In this document: piece by piece, positions 41,076 to 55,997 of the stretch
Numbering within the stretch: the first letter of the stretch is position 1
Layout: the number at the start of each line of letters is the position of its first letter
Source: Octopus vulgaris
Taxonomy: Eukaryota
Length of the DNA stretch: 64,000 nucleotides
Direction: 5' to 3'
Assembly (NCBI GenBank): GCA_951406725.2
Contig: OX597822.1
Coordinates: 78,988,001-79,052,000, forward strand
The notes under the pieces: model-generated
What the model saw: the letters and a program-made list of their open reading frames with translations, nothing else
Told to the model about the DNA's origin: nothing
The model's database searches: none
Made by a program: the position numbers and the translations under genes

Positions 41076-42190
41076 CTATGTTGTATGTATCTATATATGT
41101 ATTATCTATAATGAAATCTACTATAGTATTGGTGGCATCAATTACCAGGATTCTGATCACACACGCGCATGTGCATGCATGCATTCATGTATGTATGCAT
41201 TTATTAACTACTATGAAATGTATGTGTATGAAAGCATTACATTTACACTAATATATTTTTCTGAATCTTTAAAAGTAACATCCAAAACTGGCAGATAATT
41301 GAAAAACAAAAATGAAATGGAAATGGAAAGGAGGAGGAAGAGAGATTTAACAAAAAAAAAAAAACTCAACTTTAAATGTAGAGATATTTTAACTAGATTA
41401 GATATTTTCATAGAATCTCATTGAATTATATCTATTTTGTGAAATGTTTTTTGGTATTTTTCATTTAATAGAAAGACTACAAATTACCAACAAATGTTGC
41501 TATGTGTGTGTGTGTGTGCGTGCACGAGTGTGTATATATAATCATTATCATTTAACGTCTGTCTTCCATGCTGGCATGGGTTGATATATACATATATATC
41601 TAGCAGTTCATGTGTGTACAGTTAGATGTATAACTGCAATAGGTGAATTTAGAGCACTATGATCACCCACTGCAGAGGATGTAAATAGCTAAAATGGTGA
41701 AACATATGTAGGGAACAAATAGTATAAACTACATATTGTATTTACCATCTCTCTCTCTCATGGACACACACACAAACTGTATATATATATATATGGGTAC
41801 AGGCATGGCTGTGTGGTAAGAAGCTTGCTTCCCGACCTCATAGTCCTGGGCTCAGTCTCACTGCATAGCACCTTGGGCAAATGTATTCTACTATAGCTCT
41901 GAGCTGATCAAAGCCTTGTGAGTGGATTTGGTTGATGGAAATAAAAAGAAGCCAGTCATATGTATATCACGCTGTAATGCAAGAAACTTAAGGTGATGTT
42001 GAAAATACAGAAATTTATCCACCAATGTTGTATCGAGTATTTGTTCTCACTGTTTGCTACTAATGTGTGTGTATAAATGTAGATGTATATATAAGAATGA
42101 TAAGGTACACCACAATATATACCAACATGTATGTGGAGATTAGGGATGCAATAATTGATATATTAGGTAAGGAGTAGTGGTAAAGAGTAT

Positions 42191-42225
<35 letters not shown>

Positions 42226-43091
42226 AAGGGAATAACAATCAGAATAGCAAATGAGGCGTGGTGTTGGCTGTAGAAGTGGCTGATCAGAGGGCATGAGTGT
42301 GCATGTTCGCACAAGTGTGTGTGTGCATGCACACATGCGTGTGTCTCTGCATGCACACTAACTATAGGGTAGAGAGAGACTGTGGTTTGTATTTTGAATT
42401 CAAAGCGGTATTTGACTTGTTGAGTTTTCTGAGTCATATTGTTAAGTACTTAAGTAATCCATCCATTAGCTGTTACACTGCAGATTTTGTCAGGGCTGAT
42501 CATGGTTGGCCCAAAAGCAGCTTAAGGCAAACCATTAACATCAAGAACTCTTATAGTAAAACCCACAGCTGTAGCAACATCAACAACAATTTTAAAATGT
42601 CAGAATTCACATTTATACTGAAATGATATTTGTGTGGAAGGAAAGAATTTGAAAGCAAACAAAAAAATTATAAAATCATATAGATTTACTGGATAATTTT
42701 GGATGAGTCTTTAACAGATACTATCATCATAATTATGGAAACTTCCTTCACACCCATGTTTCCTTCCTACACAACATTCAAAACAACTTCAAACTAAACA
42801 TGAACTGTGTTAACCTCACAATGTCTCTACTAAGTTGCTTGAACTGCAAGAAACAGCAGTCAAGAATTTTCCTGATTCACACTCTACTGGTTTAAACAAG
42901 AAAGGAAACATTAGACAAATGCAGTCCAATGTACACACTGTATGGTAAAACAATAAAATCCATTTTCATTTTCAGTCTGCTTCATCAGGGCTGATCTAGA
43001 TTTAAACAACACCACCACCAGCAACAAAAAGCATGTACCAATGTAAAAGCCTCTACATGGTGGCTCATATTATTGGAGATATAATACAGAT

Positions 43092-43253
43092 TAATGGTTC
43101 CTAACCTTTTCACTACCAAGGACTCCTTTTATTTAGATGAATTTTCTCACAGACCCTTTTTAATATGCTTATCCTTATGTGTTTATATATGAAATTATGA
43201 ATTTAGTTCACTAGACTATCAGGGGTTTGCAGACCACAGGTTAAGAACCACTG
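43092..43253. mobile_element. hAT-like MITE
   Basis: taatggttcctaacct / aggttaagaaccactg terminal inverted repeats. Confidence 0.6.
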
Positions 43254-43419
43254 ATATAGATCCAAGTACCTGAATGGTGTTTTGTGTTGCTGATCTCAGT
43301 ACTTGACTGTTGTTTTATGTTACTGACTGTAGAAATGTAAAAGGATATGTTGACCTGGACAGGATTTAATATCAGAATGTAAAAGAACACAACTTATTTA
43401 CTACCACAAGGTGTTTTTA

Positions 43420-43626
43420 TTAGGTTGATGCATAATTATTGCAGCTTTTTTTTTTCAATAAATTTTATTCAACAAAAAATTTAAACAAAACACCAAGCAG
43501 AAATTGAAGTAGATGGTGAATATGCTCCAGAATAATCATTTAAAGATGTTTTTGTTAAATGTTGTTATTGTTTTTGTTGAATAAATTTTATTGAAAAAAA
43601 GGCACAATATTTATGCACCAACCTAA
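43420..43626. mobile_element. Mariner-derived MITE with TA target duplication
   Basis: TA|ttaggttgatgcataa ... ttatgcaccaacctaa|TA, long inverted arms (ttcaataaattttattcaacaaaaa / tttttgttgaataaattttattgaa); interior gaagtagatggtgaatat (EVDGEY) resembles a mariner transposase C-terminus. Confidence 0.88.
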
Positions 43627-43662
43627 TATTTTGTTTGATATTCTCCCTATGTGATTAGAATG

Positions 43663-43870
43663 TCACAGGAAAGAATTACAAGATGGATTCCTCAAACTGA
43701 GACAACTGGCAGGGGACCTAGGGGCAGAACAAGAATGAGATGTTTGACTTAGTTGATCACACTTGGGAATCCAGCAAAAAAGCATAATGCTTCTGACAGG
43801 ACAATATGGAGGTGGCTGAGGACTATCCCTACGACCCTTCCAGGAATAATTGGCAGGGAAGGTGGATAAA
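43663..43870 (+). pseudogene. RTE-clade LINE 3' end fragment
   Basis: TGRGPRGRTRMRC...LGIQ...DRTIWRWL matches the G.RPRGRP..RW...DR..WR C-terminus of RTE ORFs. Confidence 0.65.
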
Positions 43871-43919
43871 CTTTCCCCATTTTGCTTCTCCACTGCCACT
43901 GTGATGACTGGTTATAGAT

Positions 43920-44590
43920 AATCCTTTCTACTATAGGCACAAGGCCTGGAATTTGTGGGGAGGGAGATAGTCAATCACACTGACCTCAGTACTTGACTGG
44001 TACTTAATTTATCGACCCCCAAGAGGATGAAAGGCAAAATTGACCTTGGTGGAATTTGAACACACATAAAAATGGGATGAAATGCAACAAAGCGTTTTAC
44101 CTGGTATACTAACGATTCTGCCAGCTCACTGTCTTTTGGCTGGTTATAAATAATCTTTTCTACACTAGGCACAAGGCCTGAAATTTTGGAGGAGGGGGCC
44201 AGTCAATAAGATCGATTCCAGTATGCAATTGGTACTTAATTTATCGACCCCGAAAGGATGAAAGGCAAAGTTGACCTTGGCGGAATTTGAACTCAGAACA
44301 TAAACTCAGATGAAATACTGCTAAGCATTTCACCCAGCGTGCTAATGTTTCTTATTTTTTACTGCCCACAAGGGGCTACACACAGAGGGGACAAACAAGG
44401 ACAGACAAACGGATTAAGTCAATTATATAGACCCCAGTGTGTAACTGGTACTTATTTAATCGATCCTGAAAGGATGAAAGGCAAAGTCAACCTTGTCGGA
44501 ATTTGAACTCAGAACGTAGCAGCAGACGAAAAACTGCTAAGCATTTCACCCGGTATGCTAACAACGTTTCTGCCATTTGTGCAGCCTTCT
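43920..44590 (-). mobile_element. Three head-to-tail SINE family B copies
   Basis: ggtacttaattt(atcgacccc)..aggatgaaaggcaaa..gaccttgg.ggaatttgaac repeated at ~44000, ~44231 and ~44447. Confidence 0.88.
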
Positions 44591-47249
44591 GCTTATAAAT
44601 GATAACACAAAATAAGTGGTAGAGAATAAAAGAGAAGAAGAGGAGGGAGTGGGGATAGGAGGGGAAAGAGAAAGATGGGAGGGAGTGGGGAGAGTGGAGG
44701 GAAGAAGGGAGGAGAGTGGAGGAGGAGGAGGTGGGAAAGTGGAGAGAGGGGAAAGAAAGCTAATACATGTGATAAGATAAGTTTGCCATGAAAATTAATT
44801 TTGAATTACTTTAGCATTAGAATTTAGAGAGTTTAATAATAATCTCTGGATGTTTTAAACAAGCTTTATATGATTTCAGTTGTTTTGTTAGGAAATGATG
44901 CAATAATAATGATTTCTTATATAAACAACACAAGGCCTTAAATGCAGGGGAAAGGAATGGTTGATAAGACTACCTCTTGCATTTGAGTGGTTCTTATTAA
45001 CTTTGGAAGAATGAAGGACTAATTTGGCCTCAATGGGATTTGAACATGGAATATAAAGAACTAGAACAAATACCAAAACTCATAATAATGTTCAATGCCC
45101 AAATGATTCTGTAAATCTTAATTATTTCTAATTTAGGTACAAGGCTAGAAATTTTTGAGAGGAAGGGTTAATAGACTGGTACTTAATTTTATTGATCTCA
45201 AAGGCAAAGTTGACCTTTGTGTGGAGTTTGATCTCAGAACAGAGAGAGCCAAGAGAAATATTGCTAAACATTTTGTGCAATGGTCTAATGATTCTTCCTA
45301 TTCACCATCCTTGATGATGTTGATGAGGATGATGATAACGATGGCAACAACGATGATGATAATAATGATGACGATGATGAAGATAAGATGGTGATAATGA
45401 TAGTAATGATGATGATGAGGAGGATGTAATGATGAAGGCGATAAAATTCAGAAATTTAATGGAATTTAGAGTAATGGATTTAATAACACTGAAAAATAAA
45501 TAAACGATCTTTTAAGGAGCATTTAGTTGAAATTGTATAAACATTGCTAGATATAAAAAGAGATTAAAAAAATCATGCCTGAAATAATTCTAAAATGATG
45601 TCAATATTTTAGTATTTTCACAATTCTACATGAAGTAATGGCTAAATTGTAGAGAGATTCTTACATTCCAAATAAATTGTGGTCAATGAGTTTATTCTTT
45701 ATCTGTAGAGTTTTCAGGAAATGTACCATTTTGTGAAGATAAAAAAAAAAAAGCACTGGTGCTATATAAAAAGCATTCAATACACTCTGTAAAATGGTTG
45801 GTGTTAGGAAAAGAATCTAGCTGTAGAAAACATGTTAAAACAGACAATGGAACTTGTGGTTCCTGGTCTTGCCAGCTCCTCTCATACTAACCAACCCATG
45901 CCGGCTTGGAAAAATGGATGTTAAATGATGATGATGATGATGATGATGATTATGGTGTCTCCGGGCAGATAGTTAATGCAAGGTAGATTATCACAACCTG
46001 ATAATGTTTGTATTAAAAATTTGAATTTGAAATCAAGGAATAAGGAAAACAATGCTAAAAATACTCATATTTAATTTCAGTTTTAATTTTCTTTGTTGCT
46101 CACTTATTACTAACTTCTCAAAATATCTAGTCAAGGGTAATCATGTATAGCACTATTTCATTCTAATTAGAAATTGTTAGCATAGCATACCAAGAGATAT
46201 ATTAAATGTTTTACGAAGTAAGATATTTCTTAAAGATGGAGAATTACTGTCCAGAAGAAATTTATGGGGTGGATGTTTTTTTCTTTTTTTTTCTTCAGAG
46301 AGTCTTTGTAGCTTAGCAATTGAAAGAAAAGATAAAAAATAAAAAGCGAATTGTACTCCTATTCAGATTTTATATCTTGTAAATTCTTTAAAATATATTA
46401 CAGAAGAAAAAATTCCTCTAAATTCTTTACTTTTAATTAACCAACTTTCAGCATTGAATACCATTGAAGAAAAGAGTAATTCCTGGTGAAGGGGTCTCTG
46501 TATTGCAAATCACATAGTGACGGCACCAGTGCTGGTGCCATGTAAAAAGCACCTAATATGCTCTGTAAAGTGGTTGGCATTAGGAAGGCACCCAGCCATA
46601 GAAACCATGCCAAAGCAGACAGAAAGAACTTGGTACAGTCCTCTGGATACTCAGCTTTTGTCAAACCATCCAATCCATGCCAGCATGGAAAATGGACACT
46701 GACGATATGCTAAGAACGCCCCTTGGAAAGCTATAAAAATACAAATGCTTGCAACAGGGTAGTATTCTGCACTGAAAGCAGTCAAATGCTAGTTGTTATA
46801 ACCAGTTTGGTCTGGAAGGAGTTCTGTTCAAAGCTTTTGCAGATTCTCCAAGATTGATATGATGGATGTTAATGTTCTATGAAAACCATCGCAAGTTGAT
46901 GGGGACTGACACTCTGGAAAGAAAGGACTGGGTGTAATATGTCATAGTTAGTGTGGGGTTTAGTGTGTTGGACATAATTTGGGCGATTAAAAGGAAGAGA
47001 GAAGAGAAAATAGACAGTGTGGACAAAGTAGAGTGGTATGAAACCAACCAGCAACAAGAAGCAGATGTTATTATAGTAATAGGGGAGAGAGAGAAAGAGA
47101 GAACAATATGTTTGTGGGTTGGAGGCTGGAGTATATTTGCAACTGTTGAGCTCAGCATTGGATTAAGTTCACAACTCCAAAACTTGCCAAAGGTGCCATG
47201 CAGTGGCACTGAACCCAGAACCATATGATTGGGAAACAAACTTCTTACC

Positions 47250-47313
<64 letters not shown>

Positions 47314-47979
47314 AAGCATGAGCACTTACAATCACACATACATAAATACAACTGTTCCTTTAAACAAAAATGTTGACGCCCACAAATGCCAAACAGGTGT
47401 TCCTTTACTTTCATATTATACACCAATACATATTAAGATACTAGGCAGCTCTTTTAACAATACTGGGCAGATACTTCCTTCCACACCAACATTTATCCGT
47501 ATGGTCAAAACAGTATCCTTCTCCCATTATAGAACCCCTGCATTTTCAGTACTACAGGAATGCCATTTTCCTCCAACAAACTCACCCACCTCCACCAAAT
47601 TGGAAGATCAATAGATTGCAACAGATTGAGTCATTTACTACTCTTTATCTGGTTTATAAACAGTCTTGTGTTAATAGTGGTTGTGATGGCATGATGGTTA
47701 TAGTAGTGAGAGTGGTAATAACAATGATGGTGATAGTGGTGTTACTGGTAGTATGGTAGTAAAGGAGTGATGATGTACAATGATTGTAGTGGTGGTTGTA
47801 ATACTGTTTGCAATGGTATTGCTAGCAAAATCGTAGTGATGGTAATTATAGATTAACTACAAAAAATACAAGGCTCTATTGAAGTTTCTTATTTAGGTCT
47901 CAGCCTTCACATTTACAGAATAACACAAAGGGATTCAATGATGTCTCTGTTTCTCTTAGTAATATTGACAAATATTTAA

Positions 47980-48195
47980 CCCAATTGTTACCAAATTTCT
48001 GTAGAATTCACTGCCTTTGGTTCACTTAATTTTGAAAACAAAGAACAATTTAGTAAAACAATATTCTTCTTATTCCACCTGTGTTTGGAACATAACATGA
48101 AATCTCAATGAAAGATTTTAATGCAGATCACTTTAAAACAGGTGCTTAATATCACAGAACAAGGAGCAGTCTCAGGCAGGTTGGTATGAAAAGGG
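47980..48195. mobile_element. piggyBac-like MITE with TTAA target duplication
   Basis: TTAA|cccaattgttaccaa ... ttggtatgaaaaggg|TTAA; degenerate inverted relative at ~24782-24960. Confidence 0.75.
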
Positions 48196-50399
48196 TTAAA
48201 TTGATACAGCTAAAAAATGGAACCAACTCATGGACTCAGTAATAATATCTGAGAGTGTGATGGTAAATGAGCATTTACTAATAAACTGAATGACCTTTTT
48301 TGGATGTTAGTTTATATAGTAGCAATAGTTTAATGTAGATCTTGTGTGAACTTAGTAGAGATCAGCACAATCAGGGTTGAAGAATTTTTGGCTCCTGAGA
48401 AGAAAGGCTGAATTTAAAGATTCAAATCTAGCAGTGTGTGTAGATAAGATGTTCAGGAATGATCATCAAAAACTGTGAGACCTAGCAAATGTAACAACTT
48501 AATATCATCTTTATCACTGTTGCCTACATCACCTCTAATAAACAAATGATGGATTCTCTATGTAATCACTTAACCTGCTGCTAGAAACAGCAACCAAACC
48601 TCCTTTAAAAAATAAGATATATTTGATAATATAAATTTAAATACATAAAGTCTGCAAAATGATGGAATGTTCATAGCTGGAATAGCCCAGGCCTACTTAA
48701 TCAGAGAAAATCAAGGAGTTGCAAGCAGGGTAATCGACAAATGCATCATGACAACTAACTCTGTTCTTCACCATTGTTATTTACTCCACAACCAATATCA
48801 GAACTTGAGCAACATCAGCATCATTTAAATATCCATTTGTCATGCTAGTATGGGTTAGATTGTTTGATAGAAACTGGCAAGGCCAGGGTCACAACATGTT
48901 CCATAGTCTGTTTTGGATTGGTTTCTACAGTTAGATGCCCTACCTATCACCAACCACTTTACAGAATGCACTGTGTGCCTTTCACGTAGCACTGGCACCA
49001 GTGCTTCTTATGTGATACCAGCACTTTTATAGAGGTGGGGTCTCCTCAGTACAGCAATATGCCATATATCTCGGTCCTTTTTCATCACCACCAAATCAGT
49101 TTTGGTGGTGATAACAAACATCTGCACCAACATTTTCACTATTATTACTACCACCATTAAATCAGTACTTACATCGACAACCTTTCCTATCACAATCCTC
49201 ATTATCATCACTACCATCGCCTCCATATCAACACTTCATCAACATCATCATTACCACACCACCATCACATCACTTACAGCACTAACATTGCCTTCACCAC
49301 CACCACCATCACAATACAAATATCTGCACCTCAAGCTAATGTTTCTAGATGGTCACTCAAATGGCTTGAAACAACAGCTACATCTCTTTCAGATTACACA
49401 CTACAATTCTAAATACATTGTATCTCAATAAAAGTCATGGTCATATCTAGAATATCCTTGATCTGTTCACTTAGCACTAAAATGAAATCAATGAAAAGCA
49501 AAACAAGGAAATTTCAACACACACACACACACATATATACCATCATTCAGCTGTGTACATGTTTTAGGTTCTATATTTTAAGGGAACAAATCCCCTGTTC
49601 CTGCTACTGCAGAAACAAGATTACTGCAGCTAGAAATATCAGTCAATTGATCATTTTATTTGATCAGCTGATTTATCTTCCAATCACAGGTAAGAATACC
49701 AATCAAGACAACAACCACAGTGATCAATAATCACTGCAATTATCTACACCATCAACAGCACTACCATCACTATAACCACCATCACCACTGCTGTCTCACC
49801 ACCATCCACTTGGCCAAATCTCCCTCAAATTACACTTTATAATCTTTAAAAAAAAACCCAAAGGTTTCATGGGTAATATAGTCTGAGAAGATGAAAAAAG
49901 ACAAGAGTGGTCATTGCTAGAAGGTCTGAACATAGGGCTAAGCAACAACATCACCACCCTCATTACATAACCTAACTATCAAAACAGCATTTTAATATCA
50001 GTCAGTGTCAACAATGTCAGACAACCTCATCCCCACCCCCTCTGCCACAAGCCCCAATTCATACATAGCCATAACAACAAAATAAATACCAGAATAAATA
50101 CATACATAAAAGAAATCAAAAGACCATCAGTGGTGTCCATCAGAGATGCTGGTGGTGGTGGACCGTAAACAGTGGACAAATAACCATTTATATGGAGGGA
50201 GTGAAAGATGAAAGATTTTGTGTGGTGAGGGTGGAGTGAGATGGGTGGGGTGAGATGACCATTTACACCATAGAACTGGTAATGAAAGTGATATTAGCTG
50301 TAGTAGCAGACAGGTTTGTGGTAGTGGTGGTCATGGTGGTTAGGAGGAGAGAGAAATAAAGATGGGGATAAGATCAAAAGAGAAAACAAGGCTGGTGAC

Positions 50400-50438
<39 letters not shown>

Positions 50439-50592
50439 GGAGAGTGAGATGGAGAGTGAAAGAGGGAGAAAAAAGAGAGAGGAAAGAAAAGAGAGGAAAG
50501 AAAAGAGAGGAAAAGAGGACTATGCTGCTATATCTTAACACAGGTATGTGACAAAGTATGTGCAACCATTCTCACACACACACATACACACA

Positions 50593-50636
<44 letters not shown>

Positions 50637-51290
50637 CCATGTGTGTATATGTGTAAGAAGAAAGATTAATAAAAAGTGATGAAGGCAAAGAGTAAAGGAA
50701 AGATAGAAAAAAGTGTAGAAAATATAAGAATGACTAGAGGAGAGAGAGAGAGAGAGAAAGATATTGCAATAGGAGAAATAGAAGAAGGGAGTAAGTAGGA
50801 GACAAGCATGGTAAAAGAAGAGGGGGGGAGTGATTATTATATTTTATTAATGGACACACACAAACGATGGCAAGGTGTAAGTGTTTGTATACTTAGGAAA
50901 GAGAGGGGGTAACAAGGAACCATTAATAATTTGAGGGTGTGAATCATGTATGTGAGAGAAAGGTAGTGCATATGTATATATATGCATGTGTATATAAGAG
51001 AGAGAATAGTGTGATTATGAATACATGTGAGACGTGTGTGTGTGTGTATGTGTATATAGATATATATATATGAGAGAGAAAAGTGAGATTACATATACAT
51101 GTGAGATGTGTGTGTATGTGTTTGTATGTATGTATGTATTTATATGAGAGAGAGCAATATGTGAATATTTTTTCAAATAGTGTATGCACATGTGTGCATG
51201 TATGCGTGAGGGAGAGAATGAGCAAAGGAGAGAAAGAAAGAGAGAGAGAGAATGAAAGCAATTTTCTATGTGTGAGTGAATGAAACATTG

Positions 51291-51336
<46 letters not shown>

Positions 51337-54300
51337 TGTGAGGTGTATGAGATAAAATGATAAAATGAGTGTGTGAAAAGGGAGGATATGGTGAGAGAAT
51401 AAATCTAAATATCTTTTGATATCTCCAAATATGATAAATTGATTACCACCTGCACATATCGATATATTGCTATCAATACACTGATAAAATGATACACAGT
51501 CACTGATAAACACTCTAATACTTACACATCATTACAATGCCTACACATATACACACGTATAATGATTAGTAGACACAGATACTTACACATATAACATTAG
51601 ACACACACACACACACACCAATTCAAGTAGAAAGCGACAGTTATACATTGATGTTGAGACAAATAGAGCTAACTATATATTATTACAAACATACACACAT
51701 ATACAGTTACACAGTCATACATAAGTATAAACAATTATATACAACTTCACACATGTGTGTACACTTACGCAATCAGGTGTATACTCACACACATGGAGAC
51801 TTGAATATCAACACATATATATTTACACACAGACACACACACACACATGCCTCAACCTAAACCAGCACTCAAATACAAACATACACCTGTATATACATAT
51901 ACCTCTACACATAAATGCTTCACAAACATAATACTTGAACCAATGAGAGAGCATCTAAGTGATCTCAATTTTTTTTAGAAAGAGCAGCCAAATCTCCCTG
52001 AAATTACAATATTAAGTTTTAAAAAATGAAGGACACACTGGACAATATGATCCAAAATATACAAAGAAGGTAGGATGGTTGGCCTTGATTATTCTGTCCT
52101 TGTTCAGAGGTCTATTCAATCAAGGCTGACCTATGGTTAAACAAGAACAACATAAAAACACATTTCCACACCTCATGCAACCTACATACACTAATAACAT
52201 ATACACTCACTGATGACACATACACAAACTCATATACACACACAAACACACACACATGCGCACATACATTATCTGTAATCTTCAGAGAATACAATAAAGA
52301 AGGAGATATTGGCTTTGAATCAAGACTTCATGGTGTGTAATGTGAGAGGAGAGTGGAGGGTGTCATATTATGAGAGTCTTGTATGTAATGTTCTTTATAT
52401 GGTGGTGGATATGGTCAAGTGGTGTGTGTACTACCATTAGGATGCGTAATATTGTGCTGATGGAAGGGGTTATTAAGCTGTGGAGATGAGGTGTTAAGGT
52501 GTGGTATTGAGGGTTAGATATATACTCGGTTTTTTTTTCTTGTATAGCTTAGAGATGGGGTTGTATCCTTAACCTTTGCAGGATCTTCAAAACACTGTTC
52601 TTGTCGTTTAACCCCAGGTTAGCCCTGATGAAGCAGAATTATGATCAAGAACATTCAGTATCAAACTAAGAAACTATAGAATCATCTTGTACAATATTCT
52701 TAAATTATTTCCACCACGGCACGGCTACAACTACCAACACCAATATGACTACCACCACCATCATCAAATTGAAAGAAATGTAAAGAGCACAGTTTTTTTT
52801 TTTTTTTTTTTACTGCAGTAGGCTTCAACCAAAACATGCTATATTTCCCAAAATATCCAGATATATCTACAACAGTAAAGATTTAAAACATCACCATCAA
52901 GATATTATCCACTTCCCCACCTTGCTGCTGCCACTGCCACCACTGCCCAGATGACAATAAAATCACAAAACATACACACAGAAATAGTAGAAGTATCAAT
53001 GATCTCATTAATTTCCCTACCAGAAATGATACAGAGGAACAGCAGCTGATGCAGTCTGACTGAGGTTTATTTGGCTTCCTTCTTTCTAATAATGAGAAAA
53101 CCATTGTGTAGTCACTTGAACCAACAGCCAAATTTTTCACAGTCATTTTAAGACAAACACATTGGATAGTTATCCTAGTGGAATTATATTTTAAACAAAA
53201 TAGCTGAGCTGGCCATCGCTAGAATGTAGTTTGATCATTGGTTTGCTGATCAGAGCTAACTTGGAGTACACAAACCAATAACAGGTGTAGAGATACAGAC
53301 TGGATAGTGGAGGGAGAGAAAAATATCTAGACACAAGACCCGATATGTTGGAGTGCACAGGCATATCATGCTCTTCACTTTAATGAAAGTGTAGCATCCA
53401 CAGCACTAGATCTGTGGATCGCACCATTGTTATTTGATAAACTATGTGCTATAGGCTTGTTAAGTCAGGGCTGACCAACGCTGATGATGTCCTTAATGTT
53501 ATCATATCAACTTTTTACTTTCTTAAACAAATCTCAATATTATTGTAATTAGGTACTCTAGATGTTTCTTAAAAGGCATGAGGAAACACCTACATCTCAA
53601 TAAAAGTTTCCTGAACAGGATTCCACAATTTTGTTTTTCATCCCTTCCATTCTCAATGTACCAGCTCTAACAAGAGCCTAGAGCATCATTGTTTTAAAAT
53701 CCACTATTCCTTGCTCGCATGGGGCAGACAGAATTTGTTGAGGTGCATTTTCTACAGCTGGATGTTGTTCCTGTTGTGACACTAGCCTTTACCTGTTTCT
53801 AAGATAATGCTCAGATACAGATGAGGTTTTAGCAATAGGAAGGCTATCTAGCCATAGAAAATCAACTCAATCCACTGAATATTTTAGTGATATTCAAACA
53901 TCCTTTGGTGCAGTATTAAACTTTTGTTGATGACAGCACTTTTCAGGTACCACAAAAGCAGGAGTTAATGCAACAAAGTTCTACACTACACCCCGTGCTC
54001 TCAGCTACAGAAATCATATCTAACAGCAGATTACAGAGTATAAGCATGTGGAGACTGGTGTTCTTGACATGAATAGGTCTCAATCAGTGAGTGCTGTAAG
54101 TGCACTCCTGCAACCAGAATTTCATCTGAGTCTACTACAAACCCTTAGACAGACATTTTCCAGGCAGTAGAGATGTGAAAAAATATAACCATCAACAGCA
54201 ACTAATCAGGTGGTAGGTCAGCTGATCATAAAAAGTCAGTGGCACTTGAGGATAATGATGACCATTATTATCATTATTGCTATCACTGCCACCCACATCA

Positions 54301-54552
54301 TTGCCAATATAATTTTCTGTCTATTTTTCCGTGATGACATTGGTTGGAAGACAAGCAATATAACATATCCTCAGTACAATACAATCTTACCTGCAAGGTC
54401 CAACCTTTTGGGCTTTAATCTACCTACTTTATAACATGCCCTCATTAGCCTAATTCTGGCATGAATAACCCTAATGTTATCAAGTTCTGGCATCTATCCA
54501 TGTTCTATAACAAACATCTTACTTCTCTCTCTCTGTTTATTCAATCGGCAGG

Positions 54553-54595
<43 letters not shown>

Positions 54596-54749
54596 AAGGG
54601 CCAATAATTTATTTTGTATGATAGCTTCTTAAATTAAATCAATGAAATTGAAATGGCCATTGGGCCCAGCAGGAGAAATGCCAAAAGAATCTTTCAGAAA
54701 TATGCTAGGTAAAATTTTATTTTATCAAGTGTGTATGTATACACACTTT

Positions 54750-54780
<31 letters not shown>

Positions 54781-55149
54781 ATATCCATTTGATTTCCTAT
54801 AAAAGATGCCTGCCATGATTAACCTTCAATACAGGAGCATTCAAAGATCACATAACAAAAATGGAAGATAGCAATTACTATTATTATTTTTTTAATTATA
54901 TTTCAGCTATTGTTTTTCTCCTTCCCCTTATGCCATGCAGAATTGTTACAATCAATGTGGCATACTGGCTATGATCCAACATGTACACATTTGAAATTAT
55001 ATTTCACCTTTGTTTTCCTCTTGTGTGAGTGCCCTTCTGAGTCTATGTGTATACACATAACCATATGGAGGAAAGAAGCTTTTAATAGTTTATTATATAT
55101 GCATACATATAACATATATAAGTTAGTAGGTAGGTGCTTTTATATATAT

Positions 55150-55930
55150 ATATCATCATCATCATCATTTAAAGTCCGTTTCCATGCTGGCAAGGGTTGG
55201 ACAGTTCGACTGGGGTCTGGGAAGCCAGGAGGCTGTACCAGGCTCCAGTCTGATCTGGCAGTGTTTCTACAGCTGGATGCCCTTCCTAATGCCAACGACT
55301 CAAGAGTGGGTGGGTGCTTTTTTACGTGCCACTGGCATAGGGGCCAGAGGGGGCTGGTATCGACCACGATCAGATGGTGCTTTCTACATGCCACTAGCAT
55401 GGAAGCCAGTCAAGGCAGCGCTGGCATCGGCCATGTTTGGATAGTGCTTTTTACATTCCACTGGCTCGGGGATCACAACTACAATTTCCATCTGTTTGAG
55501 ATTTGATTTGATTTTGATGTACTTGACTCAGTAGTTCTCCTCAAGCACAGCATGTCGCCCTACAATCCAGGGTATTTTTGAGTAGGCTGGTTATGTGACA
55601 CTGGTGTAGGTTACAGCTGTGAACTCACTTTATTTGCTGGGTTTTCTTAGTCACAGCATATCGCCCATCATCATCATCATTTAATGTCTGTTGTCCATGC
55701 TGGCATGGGTTGGATGGTTTGACTGGGCTGGCACACTGGCAGTCTGCACCAGACTCCAGTCTGATTTAGCATGGTTTTCTACATATGGATGCCCTTCCTA
55801 ATACCAACCACTCTGAGAGTGTAATGGGTGCATTTACATGCCACTGGCACAGGTACCATTTGCATGACACTGGGACGCACTTATGTGCCCCCAGCATGGG
55901 TGCCAATTTGCATGACACTGGTATCTGCCA
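55150..55930 (-). mobile_element. Two tandem family C retroposon copies
   Basis: catcatcatttaa.gtc.gtt..ccatgctggca..ggttgga and ggatgcccttcctaat.ccaac at ~55150-55330 and ~55670-55850. Confidence 0.8.
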
Positions 55931-55938
55931 CGACTGTG

Positions 55939-55997
<59 letters not shown>

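Noticed and set aside
43920-44590. CRISPR-like repeat-spacer array
   Set aside because: Units are ~200-bp SINE copies in eukaryotic DNA; no short constant repeats with unique spacers
53900-54060. FVDDSTF...LQSISMW, possible RT YADD motif of a very old LINE (similarly SIHHRAVRLISDP at ~24420-24465 and IIMGALGM at ~60400)
   Set aside because: Too short and degenerate to call without a profile search
54391-54505. Strong minus-strand donor CAG|GTAAGA with an upstream acceptor
   Set aside because: All frames from the good acceptor contain stops; the open portion ends in phase 1 and has no ADAM similarity
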